Position numbers and translations under genes: made by a program. The notes below the pieces were generated by a model that was not told the DNA's origin, made no database searches, and saw nothing but the letters and a program-made list of their open reading frames with translations. DNA of 64,000 nt from an uncultured Dehalococcoidia bacterium (lineage in GTDB: Bacteria; Chloroflexota; Dehalococcoidia; Lucifugimonadales; JADFKI01), in the NCBI GenBank assembly GCA_964595285.1, contig CAZQPS010000042.1, positions 2,030-66,029 of the forward strand. Direction: 5' to 3'. Below are positions 28,133-37,578 of this stretch, piece by piece (position 1 is the first letter of the stretch; every line of letters starts with the position of its first letter).

Positions 28133-29053
28133 ATGTCTATATTAGTTACTGGAGGTAACGGCTTTATTGGCTGGAGAATTGTTAGAGAATTACTCTCTCA
28201 AGGGGAGAAAGTTGTCAGCTTTGATTCTGCGCCTATAAGGCGTAATCTGGAACAATATGTTGACCGTTTTTCTTATTATAGAGGTGACATCACAGAAATT
28301 TCCCAGTTATGGGAGGCCGTTAAGGAATTCGGGGTTACCCGAATAATTCATATGGCGGCCTTACTTCCTCCCGATACAGAGGTTCGACCGGCCCACGGTA
28401 TAAAAGTGAATGTTGAAGGGACTAATAATGTTTTTGAAGTGGCACGCCTGAGTGGGCTAGAAAAGGTTGTTTATGCCAGTTCGATTGCAGTGTACGGTGT
28501 ACAAGAGCATTTTGGTGATCGGCTTATTACTGAGAACGATATATCGAATCCTATAAATATGTATGGCATGACTAAAGCAATGAACGATTTCACTGCTTCA
28601 GTATATATAGATCAGTATGGGTTAGATCTAGTAGGTATAAGAATATGTACGGTATTTGGTCATGGTCGAGTTACTGGGATGACAGGTATGATAGGCGGCC
28701 TCATGATTTCTCTTCCCGCTATAGGCCAGCCTGTTGATTTGCCTTTTGATCCAGGAGAACCGTCCCCACTGATTCATGCGGAAGACGCCGCCCAGATTTT
28801 CGTAATCGCTGCACTCTCGAAAGGGTTAAGTCACAGCGTATATATCACTGGAGGTCATTTAGCGACTGTTGGTGAAGTTGCCGATGTTGTTCGTAGCAAT
28901 ATTCCCGAAGCGAAAATAACCTTAGGAATTGAAAGAGTTCCACATGTATACTTGGTTGATAATAGTCGAATGCTTTCGGACCTAGGGTACGAAATGCCAT
29001 CTTTGGAGACTCGCATTACGGAACATATCGAAGATGCGAGAGCTGAAATGTAA
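28133..29053 (+). CDS. NAD-dependent epimerase/dehydratase family protein
   Basis: The Rossmann motif is ILVTGGNGFIG and the catalytic motif is YGMTK. The ATG at 28133 follows GAAGGA. Confidence 0.88.
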   Translation: MSILVTGGNGFIGWRIVRELLSQGEKVVSFDSAPIRRNLEQYVDRFSYYRGDITEISQLWEAVKEFGVTRIIHMAALLPPDTEVRPAHGIKVNVEGTNNVFEVARLSGLEKVVYASSIAVYGVQEHFGDRLITENDISNPINMYGMTKAMNDFTASVYIDQYGLDLVGIRICTVFGHGRVTGMTGMIGGLMISLPAIGQPVDLPFDPGEPSPLIHAEDAAQIFVIAALSKGLSHSVYITGGHLATVGEVADVVRSNIPEAKITLGIERVPHVYLVDNSRMLSDLGYEMPSLETRITEHIEDARAEM

Positions 29054-29081
29054 AATCCAGAATACCTTAGCCATTTTATGA

Positions 29082-30275
29082 ATGGGAATTTATGTATGTG
29101 AGGTAATTGCTTTGCCAACATTGGATTATTTTCAAATTCTTGACATGCTATCACCAGAAGAAAAACAGGTGCAGACGACGGCTAGAGAGTTTTTAGAAGC
29201 CGAGGCGCAGCCTCGCGTCCGGGATTACTGGGACAGATCGGAGTTTCCTGTAGAGTTAATACCCAAGCTGGGCGAAATGGGGTTTCTAGGGGCAAACCTG
29301 CCAGTGAAATATGGGGCAAGCGGGATTAGTAATCTTTCATATGGTTTGATTATGTATGAACTTGAAAGAATTGATTCAGGGCTCAGGAGTTTTGTCAGTG
29401 TTCAGGGTGCCCTTGTTATGTATCCAATTTTTCGATATGGCTCTGAAGAACAGAGACGTAGGTACCTTCCTAAGTTGGCATCGGGAGAGCTTGTAGGTTG
29501 TTTTGGACTTACTGAACACAATGGAGGCTCCGATCCCGGAGGCATGGAAACGAGGGTGCGCAAAGACGGTGAAACTTATGTAATTAATGGCACTAAGATG
29601 TGGATAACCAATGGTGGTATATCTGATATTGCAGTAGTCTGGGCCAAAGATGAAGAAGACATCGTAAGGGGCTTTATTGTTCATACTGACACACCTGGAT
29701 TTCAAGCCAATAATATAAAACAGAAAATGAGCATGCGGGCGTCTGTAACTAGTGAATTAGTATTTGATGAGTTGCGAATTCCGGAATCTCAGATGTTACC
29801 TGAAACTCGTGGATTATCATCGCCATTATCTTGTCTTACGCAAGCTCGATTTGGCATAGCTTGGGGTGCATTGGGTGCTCTTGAAGCGGTCTATAATGAG
29901 GCTTTATCTTTTTCAAAGGCTCGTTTCACCTTTGGGAAACCTATTGCTTCCCGTCAAATTGTGCAAAGCAAGCTGGTTGATATGGTGGCCGACCATACTA
30001 AGGGGTTGTTACTGGCTTGGCGGCTAGCTGTTCACAAAGATGCTGGAACAATGGATTATTCACATGTGTCTTTGGCAAAACGCGAGAATGTAAGGGCCGC
30101 GTTAAGGGCTGCTCGCACTGCTAGGGAGATGCTGGGTGCCAGCGGTATTACACTGGATTATGGGATAATAAGGCATATGCTAAACTTGGAGACGGTGGAT
30201 ACATACGAAGGTACGTATGATGTTCATTCACTGGTGATAGGCCGAGATATAACAGGGTACAATGCCCTCACGTGA
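29082..30275 (+). CDS. Acyl-CoA dehydrogenase (glutaryl-CoA dehydrogenase-like)
   Basis: Motifs seen are GCFGLTEHNGGSDPGGM, KMWITNG and YEGTYDVHSLVIGRDITG. The start could instead be the TTG at 29112. Confidence 0.88.
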   Translation: MGIYVCEVIALPTLDYFQILDMLSPEEKQVQTTAREFLEAEAQPRVRDYWDRSEFPVELIPKLGEMGFLGANLPVKYGASGISNLSYGLIMYELERIDSGLRSFVSVQGALVMYPIFRYGSEEQRRRYLPKLASGELVGCFGLTEHNGGSDPGGMETRVRKDGETYVINGTKMWITNGGISDIAVVWAKDEEDIVRGFIVHTDTPGFQANNIKQKMSMRASVTSELVFDELRIPESQMLPETRGLSSPLSCLTQARFGIAWGALGALEAVYNEALSFSKARFTFGKPIASRQIVQSKLVDMVADHTKGLLLAWRLAVHKDAGTMDYSHVSLAKRENVRAALRAARTAREMLGASGITLDYGIIRHMLNLETVDTYEGTYDVHSLVIGRDITGYNALT

Positions 30276-30380
30276 GTATTTCTATTAAGACGAGAACAGC
30301 AGCTATAGTAGTATCGGAAAATTCGAAAGCCCGTGTACTGTAGCTTTAAAAAGATGTTACTTTCTAGGAGGTAGGGTTCT

Positions 30381-31457
30381 ATGAGATTTGGAATGTTTGA
30401 CACTATACGCTGGCATCATGAAATGGAGGGTGACAGGGTGTTTAACGAAGCACTTGACCAAATAGAGCTTGCAGATCGGCTAGGTGTGCAAGACATTTGG
30501 CTTGGCGAGCATCATTTTTCAAGGCACGGTATCTTGTCAGGAATTTTTTCATTTATGGGAGCTGTAGCTGCGCGGACTAAAAATGCCAGAATAGGGACTG
30601 CAATAATTGTTTTGCCTTTTCATAATCCGATCCAGGTTGCTGAGGAAGCAGCAACCATTGACATTATGTCTGGTGGAAGATTTACACTTGGCATAGGAGC
30701 AGGGTATCAAGCACAGGAATTCCATGGAATGGGAGTAGAAATATCTGAGTCTCGTGAGATATTTAATGAATATTTAGATGTAGTTACGAAAGCCTGGCAA
30801 GAAGGTTCTCTTACATATAGTGGGAAGTACGTAAATGTTGAAGATATCTGGGTTATTCCAAAACCTGTGCAAAAGCCTGGTCCACCTATATATGTTGCGG
30901 TGAGTACTAGCCCAGAAAGTGTTGATAATGCAGCGAAGAAGGGCTTGCCAATACTTGTTGGCGGACCAACTACCACCTTGGGCCAGACGCCTGCAGTGGT
31001 TAAATTATGGCACGAACGTATGGAATATTATGGCAATCGGCATGAAGATATAGATATTCCTGTGAGCGCTAATGTATATGTTGCTCCAACTATGGAAGAA
31101 GCTGAGAATGATATAAAGGGGCTAGAGGATAAAATTGATGAAGAGTTCCATAGGATAGGTAATCCTGCAGACAAAGATGGGAAGATTCCCGATAATTACA
31201 AGCATTGGTTACACCGTGACAGGGATAGAGTTGAGGCTGGGGTGGCTGCGCGTAAAGAGGGCATTTTACCGCTAGTGGGCACGCCTGAAGTGATTTGTGA
31301 GAGGATAGAAGCTTTGAGGGAAAAGGGAATCAATAGGATATTCGGTAAGTTTGGTGCTGCTGGCCTTGATCAAGATAAAACGTTGCGCTGTATCGAGATG
31401 TTTGCAAGCAAAGTTATGCCAGAATTTATTGATGATAAAGAGTTAGTTACAAATTAG
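30381..31457 (+). CDS. LLM-class (luciferase-like) flavin-dependent oxidoreductase
   Basis: Motifs seen are WLGEHHF and SGGRFTLGIGAGY. Confidence 0.88.
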   Translation: MRFGMFDTIRWHHEMEGDRVFNEALDQIELADRLGVQDIWLGEHHFSRHGILSGIFSFMGAVAARTKNARIGTAIIVLPFHNPIQVAEEAATIDIMSGGRFTLGIGAGYQAQEFHGMGVEISESREIFNEYLDVVTKAWQEGSLTYSGKYVNVEDIWVIPKPVQKPGPPIYVAVSTSPESVDNAAKKGLPILVGGPTTTLGQTPAVVKLWHERMEYYGNRHEDIDIPVSANVYVAPTMEEAENDIKGLEDKIDEEFHRIGNPADKDGKIPDNYKHWLHRDRDRVEAGVAARKEGILPLVGTPEVICERIEALREKGINRIFGKFGAAGLDQDKTLRCIEMFASKVMPEFIDDKELVTN

Positions 31458-31765
31458 CTAGAATGGCAAACGTCTTTGTGTTGTGACAAAACAGACGACT
31501 TTAGTTGATGCAAATGTGTACTATTGTCAATGTTAGATGGCTATAAGCATTGTCAATAGTGCCAAAAATAAGACCACCGTACCGATGGGTGCAAGACAAC
31601 CCAATGGTTTGTTTCTTATTGAGAAGCCCAACAGATGTAATACTTTCCTAAATACGTTTCCCGACTTGTGGGAATTAAGTATTTTCAAAATAGACTGTGC
31701 TCTCATATTTTACATACCTATTACAATTGGTTTAAGTCATGATGTGTGATTGTTGTGTGCCACCA

Positions 31766-32869
31766 CTATGAAGCAGTTTGAACGGTATCACGTTTTACCA
31801 GTTCCCAATCAATTTCGTAGCTTAATCCAGGGCCCTTAGGAGCATACACCATTCCCTTGTCGTCTACCTCAATATCTTCAACCAATCCGTACTTGTTGGC
31901 TCCCGTGCAAGGAAAGACTTCATAAAAATCACAATTTCGAACAGCCATAGTGACATGAAGGTTGGCTACATTGTTAAGGGAGTTACCTCCGTGGTGGATT
32001 TCTGATTTCATTCCAAATGCTTCTGCAAGATGGCATGTTTTAATCAGGGGTGTTATGCCCCCTGTTGTAGCGACGTCGCCACGCAATATGTCAGTTGCGT
32101 AGCTTTGAATCCAATGGGCCATTCCATAGAATCTCCCCGGCGCATACTCTGTAGACATTATAGGGATATCGAGTTTACTTTTAAGTTTCACGTAGTTGTA
32201 AATATCTTCCTCTACTAGAGGGTCTTCATACCAAAAATAGTTCAGGTCTTCTATTGCTTTTCCGACACGTAGTGCATCCTCGTAGCCATATGCCCACATC
32301 GAGTCTAACATGAGTATCATGTCGTCTCCAACAGCCTTTCGAACAGCAGTGGCGATTTCTATATCTTTTATGGGGTCACCTTCGGGGTGTACCTTGTGTG
32401 CAGTCCATCCCATGCTTTGGAAGTATTTGGCTTCTTCAGCAAATTCTTCCACAGTGGGATGCCAGGCTGTGCTTGAATAAGCTGGGACCTCTGACCGACA
32501 GTTGCCAAGTAGCTGGTGAATTGGAAGTCCTGCTACTTTTCCTGCTATATCCCAGAGTGCAACGTCTATTGCACCAATAGCTTCTGTTGAGACATTGCGG
32601 TTTTGTTTCCACATCTTCCACCAAATGTCACCTATCTCCAAAGGATCTTTGCCGAGAAGCCACGGTTTAATAAATTTCATCATTGCGCCAGCAAAGTAAT
32701 CAGCCCCCTGTCTTGAGGTTCCAAGAAAGGAATGGCCTGTTATTCCTTCATCAGTAGTAATATTGGTTACCCCGAGGAGTGTTTCACCTCCGAACGTCAT
32801 CCCTACCCCAGTTTTCCACTCATCAAAGTTCCATTTAAACATCGTTACGGTAACATCCGTGATTTTCAT
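31766..32869 (-). CDS. Enolase-superfamily enzyme (mandelate racemase/muconate lactonizing family)
   Basis: The N-terminal capping domain begins MKITDVTV. The metal-ligand contexts are ILMLDSMWAY and WYEDPL. Confidence 0.85.
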   Translation of the reverse strand: MKITDVTVTMFKWNFDEWKTGVGMTFGGETLLGVTNITTDEGITGHSFLGTSRQGADYFAGAMMKFIKPWLLGKDPLEIGDIWWKMWKQNRNVSTEAIGAIDVALWDIAGKVAGLPIHQLLGNCRSEVPAYSSTAWHPTVEEFAEEAKYFQSMGWTAHKVHPEGDPIKDIEIATAVRKAVGDDMILMLDSMWAYGYEDALRVGKAIEDLNYFWYEDPLVEEDIYNYVKLKSKLDIPIMSTEYAPGRFYGMAHWIQSYATDILRGDVATTGGITPLIKTCHLAEAFGMKSEIHHGGNSLNNVANLHVTMAVRNCDFYEVFPCTGANKYGLVEDIEVDDKGMVYAPKGPGLSYEIDWELVKRDTVQTAS

Positions 32870-33089
32870 ATCATTACCTTTCTAAACTCAGGAATTCTCA
32901 AGTAATTTTAAGAGCATTGCAATAATCTTATCAGAGAATTGTGTTACTTTGCGCGTCTCTGTTCCCATTGATGACGCGTACATAAGGTTGTTGTAACTGG
33001 GGGGTATTGATGGTATATTTGCATGAAGTTCAGATATAGCAGCGATATTTTTGTGGGATTTACAGTGTGGACCAGCTAGGAACAATTTG

Positions 33090-33449
33090 ATGATCAATTT
33101 TCTTTGTTATGTGCAAGAAGGTATTGTTTCCGAGGAGCAGAAGCCCAAATTAGCATCTGGTCTCTCGGAGATTAGCACCTCTATATTGGGAGGAACAGCA
33201 GACGATGTGGAAGTGAAATTTGTTGTTATTCCTAAAGGCTCTGGATTCAGAGGCGGGGAGCTTTCTACGACGTCTACCGTTCGTGGCACTATACCTGATG
33301 GATGTGACAAAGAAACACGCGAGAAATTATTAGCAAGTCTGTGTGATATGTGGGTGGAGGAGTTAGGCTGTGATGAAGATGAGGTAATTGTATCTGCAAG
33401 AGATGAGGGACATTTTACTGACCCGATCAAGAAATTTTATCTACAATAG
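33090..33449 (+). CDS. Tautomerase-superfamily paralog lacking N-terminal Pro
   Basis: The protein begins MINFLCYVQEGIVSEEQKPKLASGLSEISTSILGG. It is alignable by eye to the downstream gene, but position 2 is Ile rather than Pro. Confidence 0.6.
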   Translation: MINFLCYVQEGIVSEEQKPKLASGLSEISTSILGGTADDVEVKFVVIPKGSGFRGGELSTTSTVRGTIPDGCDKETREKLLASLCDMWVEELGCDEDEVIVSARDEGHFTDPIKKFYLQ

Positions 33450-33512
33450 CCAAATAGCCATTTCAAGTTGAATTTTACGTAGTGCTACAGAGTAAGTTTT
33501 GGAGGTACTGAG

Positions 33513-33914
33513 ATGCCAGTATATGAATGTATAATACCTGAGGGTTCAGTCGCAATGGAGCTTAGACCTAAGATAGCCACAGCCTTTACTGATATTCATT
33601 GTAATACTACGGGTGCGCCGCGAAGCTTTGTACATGTCATTTTCTGGGACGTTCCTGACGGTACAGACTCAGGATATCCCGATAAGTACTATATCGATGG
33701 ACATAATCGGGCTGGACGTACACTTGAGGTTAAGGAGACAATACGGCAGTCGCTGGTGGATGCTTTCTGTAAGATAAGCGGCATTGATCACACCAAGGTA
33801 GGTTCCCGTATCAATGAAGCACCTGGTGGTTGGACGATGGAAGCCGGACATATTTTACCAAATCCAGGTGAAGAAGGCCCAGAATATTATCTTAAGGAAC
33901 ACGCGGCTGACTAG
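33513..33914 (+). CDS. Tautomerase-superfamily protein (Tautomerase_3-like) with catalytic Pro-1
   Basis: The protein begins MPVYECIIPEGSVAMELRPKIATAFTDIHCNTTGAPRSFVHVIF. The start MP and the beta-alpha-beta pattern fit the family. Confidence 0.7.
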   Translation: MPVYECIIPEGSVAMELRPKIATAFTDIHCNTTGAPRSFVHVIFWDVPDGTDSGYPDKYYIDGHNRAGRTLEVKETIRQSLVDAFCKISGIDHTKVGSRINEAPGGWTMEAGHILPNPGEEGPEYYLKEHAAD

Positions 33915-33945
33915 ATAAGAGATTTCGGAAATAAGTTAGAGAATG

Positions 33946-33987
33946 AAGCTCGATCCCTTTTTTGGGGATCGAGCTTTTTCTTTTTTT
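33946..33987 (+). terminator. Rho-independent terminator
   Basis: AAGCTCGATCCC (33946-33957) pairs with GGGATCGAGCTT (33965-33976). TTTTCTTTTTTT follows. Confidence 0.85.
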
Positions 33988-34131
33988 AGGAAAAGTAAAA
34001 ATTTGGTAATTTCTGTCACAAGGGTACTAGTATTGTCATATCTTGGCTTGGAATAATATGTGGATTGTACGCACCAATGGGGTGTGACATAGGATTTTGA
34101 CTCATATCTACTAAAAAAAGGAGGGTAAGCT

Positions 34132-34773
34132 ATGGGAACGTTAACGGTAAACAAGCTTGGAGGACTTTCGCTAATTATTGGTCCTATTTTAGCGGTGGTT
34201 TTTTATATGCTTCAGCCTGGCGTCATGTTGACAGCTCAGGTGAATCCCGCAGACGTGGGTGCGGCTACAACTGCCTTGGCATCGAATTCAATGATGGCTC
34301 ATTTATCAGGCTTCATAATAGCATTGGGTCTTATCATGATGCTGTATGGATTGCATGTACTTCAGGGCCCGGTAAGGGATGATGGTAATGGTTATGGGTT
34401 GACCTTATATGGAGGACTCCTGATCATGGTGGCCATCATAGGCTGGATTTTTGCTCAGGGATTAGTTCATCAGATTGCTAACTCGGGTTCGGAAGCCGTA
34501 TATTCTGTGTCTTTGGGTCTTAACGGTGTTTCCCATCTGGCAGGGAGTCTAGGATTCCTCGCTCTTAGCTTGGGGCTTTCTACACGAGATGACTTCAACA
34601 AACCTGCTGCACTAGTAGTAGCTGTTGTGTCTGCAATATCACTTATTTTAGGGATTGTTGGAGCTGCAGATTCTTCTCAACTTGAGATGACTAGTCAGGT
34701 TGGTGGCATTGCATATATCGTTTGGACAATTTGGGGCATAATGCTCGGAAGAAGCATACTTCAGAGGGGCTAG
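34132..34773 (+). CDS. Integral membrane protein, unknown function
   Basis: The 213-aa protein has about 6 hydrophobic helices. An RBS GGAGGG lies upstream. Confidence 0.7.
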   Translation: MGTLTVNKLGGLSLIIGPILAVVFYMLQPGVMLTAQVNPADVGAATTALASNSMMAHLSGFIIALGLIMMLYGLHVLQGPVRDDGNGYGLTLYGGLLIMVAIIGWIFAQGLVHQIANSGSEAVYSVSLGLNGVSHLAGSLGFLALSLGLSTRDDFNKPAALVVAVVSAISLILGIVGAADSSQLEMTSQVGGIAYIVWTIWGIMLGRSILQRG

Positions 34774-34918
34774 TTTCTAGCAGCGGTTGTACATCTTACA
34801 AACCGAATTAGGAATTTTGGGAGAGGTCCGCACTAATCACCTATAAGGTGGTGCGGACCTGGACCTCTTTGAGTTTAGGATCCCGAATACCTCAAATAGT
34901 ATCTAAAGAGATTTATTA

Positions 34919-36592
34919 TCAATTAAGGAATTCGTCAGAAAGGATTTCCAGGAATGCGATTCCGATACATCCCAAAGGACTTGAACCCTGCCTGAGGCCA
35001 CCCTTGGAGCGGTCTGCGCACGTACCTATTGTGTGACTAATTTCCGTATTAGCTTGTATAGAAATCGCAACATCTAGCGAGGGTACATAATAAAGCAAGG
35101 AGGAATACCCAGATCCTCCTCCAGGGTGTCCATAGGTAAGAATTAATCTCCCATCATCCAGTTCATATTCTGTCGAGACTAGGTGGTATCCATATTGTTG
35201 TCTGGGTTCGTTCAGTGAGATCCATTCGTCTACGAACGATTCCGAAAGGTCGGATAGCGCTTGTTTGCCTATAGCTGTTCCATGTGGACTTAGGAGTTCA
35301 TAGGCCCAACGTGCTGTTGTTGCAGAAGTAGATATAATCCCTGCTCCTGCCCAAGATAGCCTCCCGTCTGATTGCTGGAAATCTAGTCCGTATGATGTGT
35401 ACATTTTGATTTTAGAAAGATCGCCAAATCCCTGTGGCCCCCCGTATTTGGATCTTTCAGCAAATGGGGCTGCTAAATCTTTGGGGGTCTCAGTTATGGG
35501 TAGGAGACCTACATTTATATTGAGAGGGTCAAGCAAAGTTGTTTGGTATAGAGTAAGCAGATCGTTGTTGCCTTTTTCTTCAGCAACGATTCCAAGCAAG
35601 TACGAATTTGCGATAGGAGAATATTTGTATGTCCCAGGGGGCTCAGCAAGCGTCTGGGCTAGCTTTAAGCTATCAATGGGGTCCCACGTTGGGTACATCA
35701 TTGTCTTGCCAGTTGCTACTTTCCCACTGTCACGGTGTGTTCCAAGGACTCCCGATCTCATCGTAAGTAGCTGTCTTATGGTGACATCTGGAATGATATT
35801 CTTATTGAGCGTTTGATACTTTTTGTGAGTTCCTAATAGTACTGACACTTGATCGTCGAGAGAATATAAACCCTCTGCAATTTGTGTCATCACTAGCGCA
35901 GCAAGAAACGTCTTGGAGGTACTCATGAGACGCGTGGGGGTAGTTGTGGTCATAGGGATTCCTACATCTGCGAATCCACTAGCGTCTGACCAGGCCATAC
36001 CCTGTTTATAAACGGCAGCGGATATGCCCATCTTTTGAGTATGGGATTCAAATTCACTATGTAGGGCATTAGAGAGACTTTCAGTTACAGCCTCCGGGAA
36101 TGTTTCTTCAATATCATCATAGGTGAATTGTGGCACGGGAGCTGGTGGTAATTCGGGCAATGTGGTCCGACGTTCCAGCGTCTCTTTAGGTTGAACAGAG
36201 GTTATTTCATCCTTAGGGTTTTGAAGAACACCTGGGGTAGGTAATGGTTTCGCTACCACTGTAGGGCCTGATGCCACATCAACAGTTGGAGAAATAATTA
36301 CTGTTGATTTCACAATTGGTTCGGGCGATTTTGTTGGGTTACTTGATTTCGAGGACTGTACATTTGGTATCTCAGTGGGTGAAGTCGGGATCGTAACTGC
36401 TGCGGTTGGGACTGATCGAGGTTTACTTGTAGGTGAAGCATTAGCTGTCTTCTTGGTACTAGTTTCCGTGGTGGGGGTGGGCGCAGCGGGGTTCTCTTCG
36501 TTAACAGAAGATGAACATGCCATAGTGACTGATAATAATGAAAGTGCCAGTAGAAACAATACGAAACAGGAATTTTTGCGATCTTGAGCCAT
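34919..36592 (-). CDS. Lipoprotein, serine hydrolase / beta-lactamase (class C, DD-peptidase) family, with a long Pro/Thr/Ser linker
   Basis: The ATG at 36592 follows AGAGG. The lipobox is SVTMAC. A low-complexity PTS-rich linker of about 170 aa follows. The SxxK motif lies in LMSTSKTF. The ORF-track extension to 36691 overlaps the tRNA and is rejected. Confidence 0.85.
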   Translation of the reverse strand: MAQDRKNSCFVLFLLALSLLSVTMACSSSVNEENPAAPTPTTETSTKKTANASPTSKPRSVPTAAVTIPTSPTEIPNVQSSKSSNPTKSPEPIVKSTVIISPTVDVASGPTVVAKPLPTPGVLQNPKDEITSVQPKETLERRTTLPELPPAPVPQFTYDDIEETFPEAVTESLSNALHSEFESHTQKMGISAAVYKQGMAWSDASGFADVGIPMTTTTPTRLMSTSKTFLAALVMTQIAEGLYSLDDQVSVLLGTHKKYQTLNKNIIPDVTIRQLLTMRSGVLGTHRDSGKVATGKTMMYPTWDPIDSLKLAQTLAEPPGTYKYSPIANSYLLGIVAEEKGNNDLLTLYQTTLLDPLNINVGLLPITETPKDLAAPFAERSKYGGPQGFGDLSKIKMYTSYGLDFQQSDGRLSWAGAGIISTSATTARWAYELLSPHGTAIGKQALSDLSESFVDEWISLNEPRQQYGYHLVSTEYELDDGRLILTYGHPGGGSGYSSLLYYVPSLDVAISIQANTEISHTIGTCADRSKGGLRQGSSPLGCIGIAFLEILSDEFLN

Positions 36593-36646
36593 TAAATACC
36601 TCTTGCAAAAATGGATACATTTGTGAGTTCTGAGGACTAAGGGATA

Positions 36647-36722
36647 TGGTGGAGCTGAGGGGACTCGAACCCCTTGCCTCCTCAATGCCATTGAGGCGCT
36701 CTCCCAGATGAGCTACAGCCCC
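36647..36722 (-). tRNA. tRNA-Ala (anticodon GGC), CCA encoded
   Basis: A hand-folded 76-nt cloverleaf reads GGGGCTG-TA-GCTC-ATCTGGGA-GAGC-G-CCTCA-ATGGCAT-TGAGG-AGGCA-AGGGG-TTCGAGT-CCCCT-CAGCTCC-A-CCA. The G3:U70 alanine identity pair is present. Confidence 0.93.
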
Positions 36723-36903
36723 ACGCTCGATATGGACTATGTCAGCGCCATTGGGTTTTGCATAACAGAATTGCGCGGTACATATCACTAAAATAGACGC
36801 TACGTGAGTTCATAAGAGTAATCTTCGTTATCCAATTAATATAGCAAATACCCTCTGCTGAACGCAACAAAGGCGTTTAGGTGACAGAGTACTTGCTAAC
36901 ATT

Positions 36904-37551
36904 CTAATTAAATCGGCTCATTGCCACGTCCAAACCCTCAAACAGTATAGATTCTACAATGTCTGAAATGTTGTCGATAGTAATGGCGATTAATTTGTGC
37001 TCGGAACGGGGTAAATTCCCAATGACATATTCAACTTGATCTACGCCCTCACGAGGTTTCCCCACGCCGATACGCAATCTGGGAAAATCCTGGCTTCCTA
37101 AAGTCTCTATTATTGATTTTACGCCATTATGGCCACCAGCACTACCTCCGTTTCTAAGCCGCAATTTTGCTATTGGTAAATTGATATCGTCGTAAAGGAT
37201 CAAGATATTGTCTCTTCGTGATTTATATCTATTTAGGAGGTAATTAACTGAGTCTCCACTCCGGTTTACATAAGTTCGTGGTTTGGCAAGGATAACTCGG
37301 TGGGTACCTATTTGGCATTCTCCAATCATTGTTGTATTGTGTTTGCGATCCAACTTAACAGAGTATTTTTCAGCAAGTGCATCAATGCACCAAAAGCCTA
37401 CATTATGACGAGTTTGGGCGTACTTTGGGCCAGGATTGCCAAGGCCGACAACTATGAGATCAGGGGTAGACTTTGATTTGTGATTGTCGCCCCGTCCGCC
37501 TAGTATGTTTTCAAATGATGGAATTCTTAATTTTGGCATTATTTCTGTCAC
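36904..37551 (-). CDS. pth: Peptidyl-tRNA hydrolase
   Basis: Motifs seen are LIVVGLGNPGPKYAQTRHNVGF and GHNGVKS. A non-conserved N-terminal extension of about 30 aa leaves the start uncertain (GTG 37551 or ATG 37539). Confidence 0.9.
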   Translation of the reverse strand: MTEIMPKLRIPSFENILGGRGDNHKSKSTPDLIVVGLGNPGPKYAQTRHNVGFWCIDALAEKYSVKLDRKHNTTMIGECQIGTHRVILAKPRTYVNRSGDSVNYLLNRYKSRRDNILILYDDINLPIAKLRLRNGGSAGGHNGVKSIIETLGSQDFPRLRIGVGKPREGVDQVEYVIGNLPRSEHKLIAITIDNISDIVESILFEGLDVAMSRFN

Positions 37552-37578
37552 ATTGTCTTCAATGGTTGAGCAAGAAGC

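Noticed and set aside
31537-31749. A 70-aa + strand ORF between the LLM oxidoreductase and the enolase-superfamily gene
   Set aside because: It has odd composition, no SD and no motif. The opposite-strand 57-codon ORF is a slightly better candidate, though still weak.
36647-36722. tRNA-Ala as an integration hotspot or genomic-island boundary
   Set aside because: No integrase, no direct repeat of the tRNA 3' end and no compositional break is visible on either side. The flanking genes are ordinary (pth and a lipoprotein hydrolase).
36593-36788. N-terminal extension of the beta-lactamase-family ORF (to 36691), and ORF 36501-36788
   Set aside because: Both run through the tRNA-Ala gene (36647-36722). 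A good SD plus ATG plus lipoprotein signal begins at 36592.
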